From a virus (Duplodnaviria; Caudoviricetes), in the IMG/VR virus record IMGVR_UViG_3300028024_000011, positions 1 to 57,620 of that record: a DNA stretch of 57,620 nt, one strand, 5' to 3'. This document shows, one piece after another, positions 47,039-56,224 of this stretch (its first letter is position 1; the number at the start of each line of letters is the position of its first letter). The notes under the pieces are model-generated. The model was not told the origin of the DNA. It searched no databases and saw nothing but the letters and a program-made list of their open reading frames with translations. A program made the translations under genes and the position numbers.

Positions 47039-47795
47039 ATCCGCGCCTCATGTACCGCTCGGCCCCGGCTCGGCCGTCTTGCGTCGCCCCACCCATCCCG
47101 TACGGTCTCCCGGCATTGTAGCCGGATTGTGGCCGTCCGTTGCCATTGATTGGGCGCACTTTACGCAGACGTTCAACCGTGTTGGATAGCCAGTTCTCGA
47201 CGGTTCGCGGAATGTCCGTCCGTTTCCGCCCCCTCGGATCTGTCGTGCAGTACCGAACGATGCCCTCAGCCTCATAGGCCAGATCGAGCCCGGCGACGCC
47301 TACGAACGTCGACACGATGCGCTCATAGAATCGCTGAGTCGGCGCATAGACCGGGATGCGCTGTAGGATCGTGTCGAATTCTACCAGCGTGTCCGGCACC
47401 ACGAGCGGCGCAAATCCCCCCGTACCCCCCTCCCCCCTCCCCACCGGGTTATGTTCAGAGTAGAGTGTCAACTGTTCAGTACGGTATAGGTCAGTGTCCC
47501 CGGTAGGTACTCCGGTACCGGGTACCGGGACTACCGTAGGTAGTCCCGGTACCGCGTGCGCGTACACGCGCGAGGCATCATCGGCTCGACGTGTCGGCAA
47601 GATGCGCGTATCCGCACGGACCGTGCCGTCCCACCGGTCGCGTTCAAACCAACCGCGGACGTAGGCGTCACGGATGGTTGATCGCAACGGGCGCGAGTTG
47701 CGTTGAGCCACGGTCAGGCGCGGCGCAATCAGTTCTCGCCAGATCCGATCAAAACTCGCGCCGGCGACTATGCGTAGCTCATTCGTGCTTGTCAT
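47022..47795 (-). CDS. Putative replication initiator
   Basis: Directly upstream of DnaC-like gene; low-complexity middle, C-terminal ..NWL domain. Confidence 0.55.
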   Translation of the reverse strand: MTSTNELRIVAGASFDRIWRELIAPRLTVAQRNSRPLRSTIRDAYVRGWFERDRWDGTVRADTRILPTRRADDASRVYAHAVPGLPTVVPVPGTGVPTGDTDLYRTEQLTLYSEHNPVGRGEGGTGGFAPLVVPDTLVEFDTILQRIPVYAPTQRFYERIVSTFVGVAGLDLAYEAEGIVRYCTTDPRGRKRTDIPRTVENWLSNTVERLRKVRPINGNGRPQSGYNAGRPYGMGGATQDGRAGAERYMRRGYDDDA

Positions 47796-47994
47796 GCTGT
47801 GTCCCTGTGGCCGGCAGCCGCCCGGCCAGTTGAATTCGTAGCCAGATCGCGGTTACGTGATCGGCTATACGGTCGTTGATCTCCGGCCCGGGTGCCACGA
47901 GTCCGTGAGTCGCGATGTCCTCGCCTATCGATGCCAGGATCATGACCCGGTTACGGATCGCGGCCACGTCGGTATCACTCAGCCAGACTGCCAT
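47779..47994 (-). CDS. Hypothetical protein
   Basis: Poly-G RBS. Confidence 0.55.
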   Translation of the reverse strand: MAVWLSDTDVAAIRNRVMILASIGEDIATHGLVAPGPEINDRIADHVTAIWLRIQLAGRLPATGTQHDKHE

Positions 47995-48098
47995 ATGCCC
48001 CCCCAGTGCTCGATAGCGGCCCGTCAGGGCCGTCTAGCGCCCCGGGTGACTCTGTAGCCACCCGGGGCAAACGGGCCGCCTGTTGGCCCGCTACGAAC

Positions 48099-48118
48099 TT
48101 GTCATCCTGAGATGACAA
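48099..48118. promoter_or_regulatory. Palindrome copy 11
   Basis: TTGTCATC-CTGA-GATGACAA overlapping the helicase stop. Confidence 0.8.
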
Positions 48119-50414
48119 AGAACCGCGCAACGTCGTCAATCTCGCCAGTGATTGGCGCGTCGGGCAGTGCCGACAGAATCGAGGCGCCGTAGCCGTTACT
48201 CCGTAGACGGCCGTCTAGGATGGCCATCACGGCGCGATCCGAACCTGAGCGGATACCGCGGCCGTATGCCTGTTTTAGCGCGATCGTCGCTTGTGGGATG
48301 CTCAGGAGACGGAAACTCGCACGCGGGCTGTACTTGCGGTCAAGCTCGGCGCACTGCGCGGCGAACACCGGATCAGACGGCGGTGTGAACGGTAGCCCGC
48401 TGATAACTACCAGACTTAGCGCCTCGCCTTGAATGTCGACGCCTTCCCAGAACGATTTTACGCCAAACAGGACGCTCGGCCGTTCGCGAAACCGGCGCAC
48501 TAGTTCGGTCTGTGGCGCCTCGCCTTGCCGTAGTACCTGAATGCCGACAGCCTCGAAGTCAGCCCGCGTCGCCTTGAGTACCGAGTCTAGGACCGTGTTC
48601 GACGTGAACAACGCGAACGCACGGCCACCGCTGATCGTGATCAGCCGCCGGTACTCAGCCGCCAACCGATCGAGGTACGCGGCCCATGCCGCCGGATCCT
48701 TCCGCGCTACCGTCGAGTTGAACGCTGCCGCGTCGAGCGGCACGTACGTCAGCGCGTTGTGTCGGTAGTCGAACGGGCTGCCGACGATCAGACCGGGCCG
48801 GCTCGGCAGATCGTAGTCGAGCCCAACCCGTTCGCGCCAGAATCGAAGATCCTGCCCACCCATGCTGTTTGACGTGGCGATCGTCGCGGACACGGCAATC
48901 ACGGTCAGCGGCAGCCGCGCCTGAGCGTTACCCTTGCGGTCGAATGGCCGATAGAAACTTGCCGTCCACAGCGACGAACGCAACGCCGGCGCCACGTTGA
49001 CCGGCGTTGTTTTGATCGTGGCGCGCTTGCCCGTCTTCGTCTCTTCCACGGCCACGTACCGCACAACGGACGTCGAGCGATCGGTTGCCCCGGATGCCGC
49101 GATCAGATCGCCCAGAAACGCGCTGGCGTAGTTGGCCAGTTTGTCCCACGACTCGCGGTCGGTGTCCTGCAAGCTCGCCGGCGCAAACGTGATCATGTCG
49201 GTTACGAGCGCGTCGAGCGCCAGCATGCTGTCTAGCATCACTTCGTACTCGTCACCTAACCGGGCCGCCGATTCGTTCATGCCGTCGAGTCGTAGAACGT
49301 AGTGAGCCAGCATGGCGTCAAACTCGTTCACCACGCGATCAGTACGCGCCTTCCAGTCCGCTATCAGTGTCGACGCGGTCACGCTCACCGGCTCGCGGCC
49401 GGCCTCGATCGCGTCGAGCAATTCCTGAGCTTGACGTGTCTCGACGTCACGGCTCGCGGCTCGGCGGATCAACGAGTCTACACGCTTGACGACGAACGCC
49501 AGCCGGCCCACCGTAACCTCGCGCGTTAGCGCGTTCAGGGCCTCGTCTTCGAGACGGTGGCACTCGTCAATCACGAGCGTTTCGATGCCGTCCGGCAGAA
49601 TCGACGCCATGTCGTCCGTATCGGCTCGGAGACTGATGTCGCGCATCAGCATAGCCAGATTCGTCACGATCAGATCGGCACCGGCCGCTCGCGCTTTGGC
49701 CTGTTCGGCGTAGCAGCGGTCATAGGCCGGGCACGTCTCGCCTAGACATTCGTCAGACGTCGCCGTGATCTCGGTTTTGATCGCCATTGGTAGCGCGATC
49801 GTAAGTTTCCCGGTATCGCCGTCGCGTGTCTCGTCTGTCCACGTCTGCACGGTTCGCCAGACGCCAGCGTCCTGCCGGTTCTCGAATGTCGGGTTCTCCT
49901 TGAACTGTTCGTACTTGTGCAGACACAGATAGTTCGCGCGGCCCTTCAGTAGCGCGTACGTAAAGCCGCCCGGGATCACGCCGGCCATGCTCAGGAACGG
50001 TATGTCCTTCGATAGCAACTGATCCATCAGCGCGAGCGTCGGCACGGCTACGGCCGTTTTGCGCTTCGAGGCTAGCGCGGCAGCAAGGTAGGCGAACGAC
50101 TTGCCAACGCCGGTACCGGCTTCCGCGGCAAAGTGCTTCCGATCGCGGATGGCTGCCTCGATCGCTAGCGCCAGACGGATCTGTGGCTCACGAGCTTCGT
50201 AGCCCGGGAATCGCTGAGCGATCGTACCGGACGGTCCGATGATTGCCAGCGTCTTCGAGTCCGCGAGCGGCGCCGGCCGCTGTGGGAACGCGTACGTGTT
50301 GATCGTTCGCCCGACACCGTTCAGGATCTCAGCGCGTCGCTTCGGAAGAATCCTGGTCTGTGCTTGCTCTACGCGCTGAGCGCTCGGCCGGCGCGGCATG
50401 ATGCGGTCTGCCAT
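48102..50414 (-). CDS. DinG/YoaA-family ATP-dependent helicase (Fe-S)
   Basis: Q motif YEAREPQ, EAGTGVGKS, KGRANYLC, CLG..CP.Y..CY, DECH, SAT, SFWEGVD, QAYGRGIRS, DGR. Confidence 0.92.
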   Translation of the reverse strand: MADRIMPRRPSAQRVEQAQTRILPKRRAEILNGVGRTINTYAFPQRPAPLADSKTLAIIGPSGTIAQRFPGYEAREPQIRLALAIEAAIRDRKHFAAEAGTGVGKSFAYLAAALASKRKTAVAVPTLALMDQLLSKDIPFLSMAGVIPGGFTYALLKGRANYLCLHKYEQFKENPTFENRQDAGVWRTVQTWTDETRDGDTGKLTIALPMAIKTEITATSDECLGETCPAYDRCYAEQAKARAAGADLIVTNLAMLMRDISLRADTDDMASILPDGIETLVIDECHRLEDEALNALTREVTVGRLAFVVKRVDSLIRRAASRDVETRQAQELLDAIEAGREPVSVTASTLIADWKARTDRVVNEFDAMLAHYVLRLDGMNESAARLGDEYEVMLDSMLALDALVTDMITFAPASLQDTDRESWDKLANYASAFLGDLIAASGATDRSTSVVRYVAVEETKTGKRATIKTTPVNVAPALRSSLWTASFYRPFDRKGNAQARLPLTVIAVSATIATSNSMGGQDLRFWRERVGLDYDLPSRPGLIVGSPFDYRHNALTYVPLDAAAFNSTVARKDPAAWAAYLDRLAAEYRRLITISGGRAFALFTSNTVLDSVLKATRADFEAVGIQVLRQGEAPQTELVRRFRERPSVLFGVKSFWEGVDIQGEALSLVVISGLPFTPPSDPVFAAQCAELDRKYSPRASFRLLSIPQATIALKQAYGRGIRSGSDRAVMAILDGRLRSNGYGASILSALPDAPITGEIDDVARFFVISG

Positions 50415-50429
50415 CTGTCTGTCTCCTGT

Positions 50430-50482
50430 GCGTGTGTGGCAACGTCAGACAACAGTATATCCGTCCGTTACCACACACGCAA
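50430..50482 (-). promoter_or_regulatory. Sigma70 promoter of the helicase operon with inverted box pair
   Basis: TTGCGT-17bp-TATACT; GCGTGTGTGGYAACG present in both orientations. Confidence 0.75.
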
Positions 50483-50486
50483 TAGG

Positions 50487-51884
50487 CTAACTCGTGGCAG
50501 CCGGGGCCGATGCCGTCTGGCGCCGTCGCTTGCGAACCTGCACGAGATAGTGTTCCGCGCAATACACGTTGCCGCCGAACTGATCGCGCGACTGACGCAG
50601 TAGTACCTGTCCCTTGAACGACGTGCCGGCCACTTCGTATAGCTCGGCCGGGAACACGTGCGCACCGCACGTGACGCACTGCTCAGACGGTGGCTCGCCC
50701 GTAATGGGCTCAGAGTCGGCCGCTGTGTCGTCCGGGCTGTCTGTAGCCACTCGGCTACGATCCGATGCCCCACGGCCCGCTACGGGCGTCTGACGGGCCG
50801 CCGGTGCTGTTGTCGCGGAACCACTCGGGCGCACACTGGCACCAGCCGAGCGCCCACCGCCACGCGTGGCTGATGTCGCCGCGGGTAAAGGGCTATCAGT
50901 CGAGCGCCCACCGGTGGTACGGGCAGTCTGATCCGTAGCGGACGCCGGACGGCTCGCGGCAGTTGCAGTACCACGAGTATTCGCCGGTGCTGTCCTCGCC
51001 GGCGCCGGCGAGTTTGGGGCCGGTGTCCTGTCGGCTCGTGCATCGTACTCCGGCTCGCCGTCGTCGTCCTCGTTGCCGAACGAGTCGTCTTCGTAGTCCG
51101 CGCCATCATCGTCAGAAGAAGACGGGGCAAACGTCGTTTGCATCGTCTCGCCTATCTCGCCACCGTCGATCGATGGCAGGACGTCGAGCGGTACGCCATC
51201 GATCCACGCCGCGATAGCGTAGCCTACGTGCAGCCCTGGCAGCCTGATCGAGTGGCCAGCCGGGATGTACTCGCCGTATGTCGATTTCTCGACGCTTGCC
51301 ACGTGATCGATGTCGAGCCGGAACCATGCGTCAAAGTCGTATTCAAACTCCTGGCGCTGAATGGCGTCCGTACCGATCCGGTACGGCTTGATTCGCCCGC
51401 GCTCGTCTGGACGGTACTCCCACAGCGTTTTAGTCCGGCACGTGACAATCACATTGAATGGTGCTTGCACGATCGCTTCGAGAAACGCCTGATGGAGCGG
51501 GCTTACCGTCTTCCAGTCGTCCGGACCATTGGCTCGCTTTGCCAGTTCCAGACAGCCGCCCTTGCCTGACCACTCGTGAGTCGCGCTATCGATGATCAGA
51601 CAGTCTAGATTCGCCGCGATGGCATCACCTTCGATCACGTCGATAAACCGCTGTGGGTTGTAGTCGCCGCGTAGCGTGATGATGCCGAACGGCGTTACGT
51701 CAGAGTAGCGCCGGATCTGGCCGTTCTGTGTGTCGAGCACGCCGATACGGCCGGTTGGCCCAACGATGCCACGGGCGATCAGCAACGATGTCAACGACTT
51801 ACCACTACCTGATACGCCATCGATCAGGATTTTAGAGACGATATTGCGACGTGATGCTGTTCGGAATCGCGATCCTTCGGCCAT
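50487..51884 (-). CDS. AAA_24 / Sak4-like ATPase with C-terminal Zn finger
   Basis: GVSGSGKS, LDTQ, LIIDSATHEW.GKGG, FEYDFD; CVTC..YCAEH. Confidence 0.85.
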   Translation of the reverse strand: MAEGSRFRTASRRNIVSKILIDGVSGSGKSLTSLLIARGIVGPTGRIGVLDTQNGQIRRYSDVTPFGIITLRGDYNPQRFIDVIEGDAIAANLDCLIIDSATHEWSGKGGCLELAKRANGPDDWKTVSPLHQAFLEAIVQAPFNVIVTCRTKTLWEYRPDERGRIKPYRIGTDAIQRQEFEYDFDAWFRLDIDHVASVEKSTYGEYIPAGHSIRLPGLHVGYAIAAWIDGVPLDVLPSIDGGEIGETMQTTFAPSSSDDDGADYEDDSFGNEDDDGEPEYDARADRTPAPNSPAPARTAPANTRGTATAASRPASATDQTARTTGGRSTDSPLPAATSATRGGGRSAGASVRPSGSATTAPAARQTPVAGRGASDRSRVATDSPDDTAADSEPITGEPPSEQCVTCGAHVFPAELYEVAGTSFKGQVLLRQSRDQFGGNVYCAEHYLVQVRKRRRQTASAPAATS

Positions 51885-51949
51885 GTCTTCCCCCTATGAA
51901 TCTGGTACAATGGGCACGGCGCCGCCTCGCCAGCGGCTTGCCCCCCTGT

Positions 51950-51979
51950 AGTGGCCGGCCCCCTCACGGGCCGGCCACT
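51950..51979. terminator. Hairpin
   Basis: AGTGGCCGGCCC-N6-GGGCCGGCCACT. Confidence 0.5.
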
Positions 51980-51980
51980 C

Positions 51981-52172
51981 TTATGCCGTCGCCGTGGCGT
52001 GACGGCTCTCTCGATCCTTCCAGCCCGAGCGCGTACGGATCAGCCCGGCTCGGTACTTCCGTCGTCGGTACGCGTAGCTCCGGCATTGATCGCTACAGTA
52101 CCGTCTGCCGGGTGAGCCGGTCTGTTCCCTGCCGCAAAATCGGCACGTGAACGGAACGTCCTTGGTTTGCAT
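51981..52172 (-). CDS. Small zinc-finger protein
   Basis: CRFCG...RRYCSDQCR..AYRRR; GGAGG RBS. Confidence 0.7.
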   Translation of the reverse strand: MQTKDVPFTCRFCGREQTGSPGRRYCSDQCRSYAYRRRKYRAGLIRTRSGWKDRESRHATATA

Positions 52173-52197
52173 CGTAACCTCCGAGCACAAGTGTACT

Positions 52198-52992
52198 CTA
52201 CCCGTTGCCACCCATGCCCGGGAGTGTGACGCACCGCTGACAGTGGTGGCTGCCGGCGACTCGTGCCATGCGACTGCCGCAACGGCTACAGGTCACCGGC
52301 TGTTGCCGCGGCAGCACTCGGATATTACTGGCCGGCTTACGTCGTTTGTGTGTTTGACTGCCCCACCGGTAGACCAGAAACGTCGCCGCGTTGCGGTACG
52401 CCGATAGCTGATGCTCGACGTCCCAATTGGGCGCCGTGATCTTACCGCGCCGTGCCAGGGTTACCGTTTCGTACGGCTTGCCCAGTACGGCGCGCACAAT
52501 CTGTGTCATCTCTAGCACGTGTGACGAGCAGATGTAGTCTTGAACCTTGACCACCGCGCCGAGCCGCCCGAGCCGCCGAGCTTCCGCACAGCCGGCTCGC
52601 AACGCGGCGTCAAGCTCGCGGACGTTCCTGTAGGAATCGAATCGGCCGCCCATCACTGAGCGCTTACCGCGGCCCTCGCCGGTGTGGTACGGAATGTCCA
52701 GGACCGTCACGTCGTGCGAGCCATCCGCGAGCGGCATAGCACGGAAATCGTGATGTAGCTCGGCCGGGCTGTCAGGCTTGATATCGTTCCCGGTCACCGC
52801 TACGCGCGTCTCTCGATCCCAGAAGCCGCCGTGTCCGTACGTCAGGTCAAGCACGGTGCCGGCGTCGGGAAAACACACGCGCATGATCTGGCGCATCACG
52901 TCGGCGTTGTTTGTCCACATCACGCTGTACAGCACGTCGTCAGACCGTGAAATGTCATCCTGAGATGACATTGTCCGCGCCTTAGTCGCCAT
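52198..52992 (-). CDS. DNA methyltransferase-like protein
   Basis: VLDLTYGHGGFW, DFRAMPL..S.D.TVLDIPY (DPPY variant). Confidence 0.7.
   Translation of the reverse strand: MATKARTMSSQDDISRSDDVLYSVMWTNNADVMRQIMRVCFPDAGTVLDLTYGHGGFWDRETRVAVTGNDIKPDSPAELHHDFRAMPLADGSHDVTVLDIPYHTGEGRGKRSVMGGRFDSYRNVRELDAALRAGCAEARRLGRLGAVVKVQDYICSSHVLEMTQIVRAVLGKPYETVTLARRGKITAPNWDVEHQLSAYRNAATFLVYRWGSQTHKRRKPASNIRVLPRQQPVTCSRCGSRMARVAGSHHCQRCVTLPGMGGNG
52948..52973. promoter_or_regulatory. Palindrome copy 12 (within CDS 5' end)
   Basis: AATGTCATC-CTGA-GATGACATT. Confidence 0.85.
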
Positions 52993-53506
52993 CGGCGTAC
53001 GCCGTACCCATGGCTTCGTAGCGGATCGGATTGGCCGTGTTCGGCAGGTACAGCGGATGCTTAGGGTGACCGTCGCGCGTGACACCTAGACACCACAGCG
53101 GGTAGACATCGGCCGTGTACCGCAACAGTTCCAGTACACGCCGGCCTCGGTTGACGTGCGCGCCTTGCGTGCCCCACGCGGCCACAACCATGCCGCTAGC
53201 GTACTGCGTTGCCGCGTATATCGCCGGATCGTTGTCTATCCCGATCGGTTCTAGCGCCTGTTTCATCTCGGTAGGGCTCGTGGCGCGGAACGCGAACAGG
53301 TTTGTCATGATCAGCGCGCCGTAGCCATTGCGCCTCGCTAGAGCGATGCATCGGCGGATGGTCGGATCGTCCGTCGTCTCGTCAGCCGTGGACGGGTTTA
53401 GCCCGATCACGTTCATGATCGGGCCGTCTGCCCACCGCCGCGTCAGACTGTAGCGGTACAACCGCTCGGGACTGAACACGGCGCTACGGGTCATCTCGTC
53501 TGCCAC
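52982..53506 (-). CDS. DUF1643 family protein
   Basis: YRYSLTRRW, GLNPSTAD..DDPTIRRC, NLFAFRAT, AWG, HPKHPLY. Confidence 0.9.
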   Translation of the reverse strand: MADEMTRSAVFSPERLYRYSLTRRWADGPIMNVIGLNPSTADETTDDPTIRRCIALARRNGYGALIMTNLFAFRATSPTEMKQALEPIGIDNDPAIYAATQYASGMVVAAWGTQGAHVNRGRRVLELLRYTADVYPLWCLGVTRDGHPKHPLYLPNTANPIRYEAMGTAYADGD

Positions 53507-53648
53507 GGAACCGCTCCCATTCGTCGTAACTCGATCTTTCGGGCCTCGATCTTGTGCAGCCTATCCAGGAGTGACTGTATCCGTGCCGCGCCTTCGTCGT
53601 CTCCTACCGAGCACGCGTGATCCAAGATCCGTTCTAGTTCCTCGATCG

Positions 53649-54002
53649 TCACGACTGCCCCCGTAGCCGCTTCGGCTGCCGAGCCCTGAGCGCGGCCGGC
53701 GATTCAGTGGCACAGCCGGGGATCTTGCCCCGGAACGCTGCCTCAACGGCTGCCACGAACTCGTTAGCGCTGTCCCGTGCGTGCGCTTTGATAAACGCGT
53801 CGTCTAGGTGATGTTCGTGGCCGGTGTCATCGATCCGCAACAGATCGAGTACGGCAGTGATGCGCCGTACAATCTGGGCTTCATCGTCGGCGTGTTCAGT
53901 ATTGCCGCGCGATCGGTTGAGCATCGACACGCCACGCCACCGCTCAGCCGAACGGATCAGCGCGCCGTAGCGCGCCCTCCGGACCTCTGACATCGCCATC
54001 AC
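53649..54002 (-). CDS. Hypothetical protein
   Basis: ORF coupled to upstream stop. Confidence 0.5.
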   Translation of the reverse strand: MMAMSEVRRARYGALIRSAERWRGVSMLNRSRGNTEHADDEAQIVRRITAVLDLLRIDDTGHEHHLDDAFIKAHARDSANEFVAAVEAAFRGKIPGCATESPAALRARQPKRLRGQS

Positions 54003-54598
54003 TTGCTCCCGCTGTACGCCGCGTTGAAACGCTGCCGCTCAGATGATTCGCGCCGTTCTCGAATGGCCGCCCGAGCCGCGTTATACACGTCACGCTCGGC
54101 TGTGTCGAGCCAGCACCACGGGCACGACATCTGCTCAATGGCCCACCGGTGGGACTCGGCATCGTTGTACACGATGCGCCGGTGGGCATAGGCTCGCTGG
54201 AACACGAGCCAGCCGCAGTGATCGAGAATCATGCCGGGATCGGTCAACAAGTCAAGCCCGTTGGTTGACGGGTAGAGGTTCTGTGCTACGTGCAGCCGGG
54301 CGCGCTCGATCGCGCCGGCCCGGCTGATGGTGCCGAGCGACACACGACCGGCTGGTATGTGTGTGCAGTCGCCCGAGATCGTGTAGCACCAGCCGGCAAC
54401 CGGATCGCGATAGATGATCGCCTCCTGACCGCGGAGGCTCACCACACACGGCGTATAGTCGCCGCTCAGGGCTTCGGCCGCCATGCTCTCTAGCTTAGCG
54501 ACGGCCTCACCCTTCGTCGGCGCGGTCGCCGCGGCATCGCCCAGTGATGCGCGCCACGCTTGACGGCTGAGCCGTTCGGTTACCAGTCCATTCGCCAC
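53999..54598 (-). CDS. Hypothetical protein
   Basis: AGGGGG RBS downstream of promoter 54632-54661. Confidence 0.65.
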   Translation of the reverse strand: MANGLVTERLSRQAWRASLGDAAATAPTKGEAVAKLESMAAEALSGDYTPCVVSLRGQEAIIYRDPVAGWCYTISGDCTHIPAGRVSLGTISRAGAIERARLHVAQNLYPSTNGLDLLTDPGMILDHCGWLVFQRAYAHRRIVYNDAESHRWAIEQMSCPWCWLDTAERDVYNAARAAIRERRESSERQRFNAAYSGSK

Positions 54599-54631
54599 GA
54601 TCGCCCCCTGTGCGGAAGTGTCCGCGCCACA

Positions 54632-54661
54632 ATCCTACACGAGCCGTTGCCACACACGCAA
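54632..54661 (-). promoter_or_regulatory. Sigma70 promoter with box
   Basis: TTGCGT-18bp (GTGTGGCAACGG)-TAGGAT. Confidence 0.65.
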
Positions 54662-54665
54662 CAGG

Positions 54666-55292
54666 TCACGTGAACCGCTCGCGATTGGCGCGGATGCTCT
54701 CTATCATCCCCGGGTCACTGAGTAGGGATCGTGGGATCATCCGCCCGCAACCCAAACATGCCAGGAGTGGCGTATAGAAATCTGATTCGCTCGATACCGC
54801 GGACGCTACGAGCTTGCTGTCACAGAACGGGCACGGGCCGCCTTCGGCTGTCTCGCGGCTGATGTCCTTGCGCGGATAGTGCCGGTCGCACTGCGCACAG
54901 CCGACACGATTACGGATGAACAACTCGGTACCATCCGACATCGTGCCATCACCCACGAGCTTGCCGTCACAGTGCGGACATGATGGCCGGGTCTGTACCT
55001 CACATCCCGGCAGCCGGCATTCCCGTAGCTCGACGGCCGTGTATGCCGGGCACCACGGGTCGGACGGGTAGACGAGCCAGTAGCCGTATCCGACCTGATG
55101 CGCTTGACGCGGGCCGTCGTGCTCGATCTCGAAGCCCACAAACTCGGCCAGACTGTTCGCCGTGCGGGCGGCCAGATCGTTCGACGCGCACGCGCCGTGA
55201 TCGATGATCGTACGCGATTCGGGCTGATCCGGGACCGTCTCGCGGCGCTCGATCACGTGCCAATGCGGATACACCGGTGCAATCTCTACCAT
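54666..55292 (-). CDS. Double zinc-ribbon hypothetical protein
   Basis: CPHCDGKLV..CAQC and CPFCDSKLV..CLGC; GGAGACAGACAGATG start. Confidence 0.65.
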   Translation of the reverse strand: MVEIAPVYPHWHVIERRETVPDQPESRTIIDHGACASNDLAARTANSLAEFVGFEIEHDGPRQAHQVGYGYWLVYPSDPWCPAYTAVELRECRLPGCEVQTRPSCPHCDGKLVGDGTMSDGTELFIRNRVGCAQCDRHYPRKDISRETAEGGPCPFCDSKLVASAVSSESDFYTPLLACLGCGRMIPRSLLSDPGMIESIRANRERFT

Positions 55293-55306
55293 CTGTCTGT
55301 CTCCTG

Positions 55307-55330
55307 AATTGTCATCTCGGGGTGACAATT
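55307..55330. promoter_or_regulatory. Palindrome copy 13 (variant)
   Basis: AATTGTCATC-TCGG-GGTGACAATT. Confidence 0.7.
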
Positions 55331-55850
55331 AGAACGGTAGGTCTTCAAGGTCCGGGATGGGCTCGTCTGGCCTCGCCTTCGGTACGCGCATCATGCCGCC
55401 ACCGGCCTCGATCGCGGCCGGTGTGATCGGGCCCGGAATGATTTCCCATTCAACCACCATGCCCGTAGGAAGCTCGGCAGCCACCCGAACGGAGTAATCC
55501 GACTCTGTGGCCATGTCAACGCCTACAACGGCCCTGTGGCCCGCTACGGGCGTCTGGGGTGGCATTGTGCGCGTCCGGCCCGGCCGGCAGATCGGACAGT
55601 ACCGCGCTAGCTGTTTCATGCGCTTTGCGTGCCGCTCGTCTTGCTTCGTGAGTCCGTCCCACGTGGCCGCCACGTCGAACGCGATACCCTCGCGGTACGC
55701 TTGCGTCGTGAACGCGGCGCCGGCCTGACCGGTGTGGTGCTGTTGGATGCGTCGTTCTACGTCGTGCTCGGCAAATCCTAAATAGTGCCTGTTGCCGCTG
55801 TGACTGTTCGCGAGCGGTCGCGCGTAGTGCAAGAGGTACAGCGCGCCCAT
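55329..55850 (-). CDS. GIY-YIG-like nuclease domain protein
   Basis: ALYLLHY..HYLGFA..VERRI.QH..G.GA; E..KR; C-terminal DLPF. Confidence 0.65.
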   Translation of the reverse strand: MGALYLLHYARPLANSHSGNRHYLGFAEHDVERRIQQHHTGQAGAAFTTQAYREGIAFDVAATWDGLTKQDERHAKRMKQLARYCPICRPGRTRTMPPQTPVAGHRAVVGVDMATESDYSVRVAAELPTGMVVEWEIIPGPITPAAIEAGGGMMRVPKARPDEPIPDLEDLPF

Positions 55851-56224
55851 CACTCGGCCGCCGGGAACGGCTCGCCGGACGGATTGTCGGCGCACCACAC
55901 GATGTCAGACAGTCGCACGTCGAGCCCGCGCGGGAACACCGGTGATCCGATGAACACCAGACTACCGGCCATGCCGGCTGCCTGCTCGCCAATTGGGCCG
56001 CGTAGCATCGTCAGCACGAATCCGCCCGGCAGCCGCGAGTGCAGACGCACCCAATCGCCCATGATCTCGGCACAATGGAACACGACCACACTACCGTCAG
56101 TGAGCCCGGCCGCGTACGTGTAGCTGTCCTCAGTCGCTTTGCGCAACGACGGCGCTATCAGGTTCCCGAGCCGTTCGATATGCGCTGACTCGCCACTCAG
56201 TACCCGCTGTCCGTCGTTCATCAT
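55850..56224 (-). CDS. Hypothetical protein
   Basis: ORF coupled to neighbours. Confidence 0.6.
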   Translation of the reverse strand: MMNDGQRVLSGESAHIERLGNLIAPSLRKATEDSYTYAAGLTDGSVVVFHCAEIMGDWVRLHSRLPGGFVLTMLRGPIGEQAAGMAGSLVFIGSPVFPRGLDVRLSDIVWCADNPSGEPFPAAE

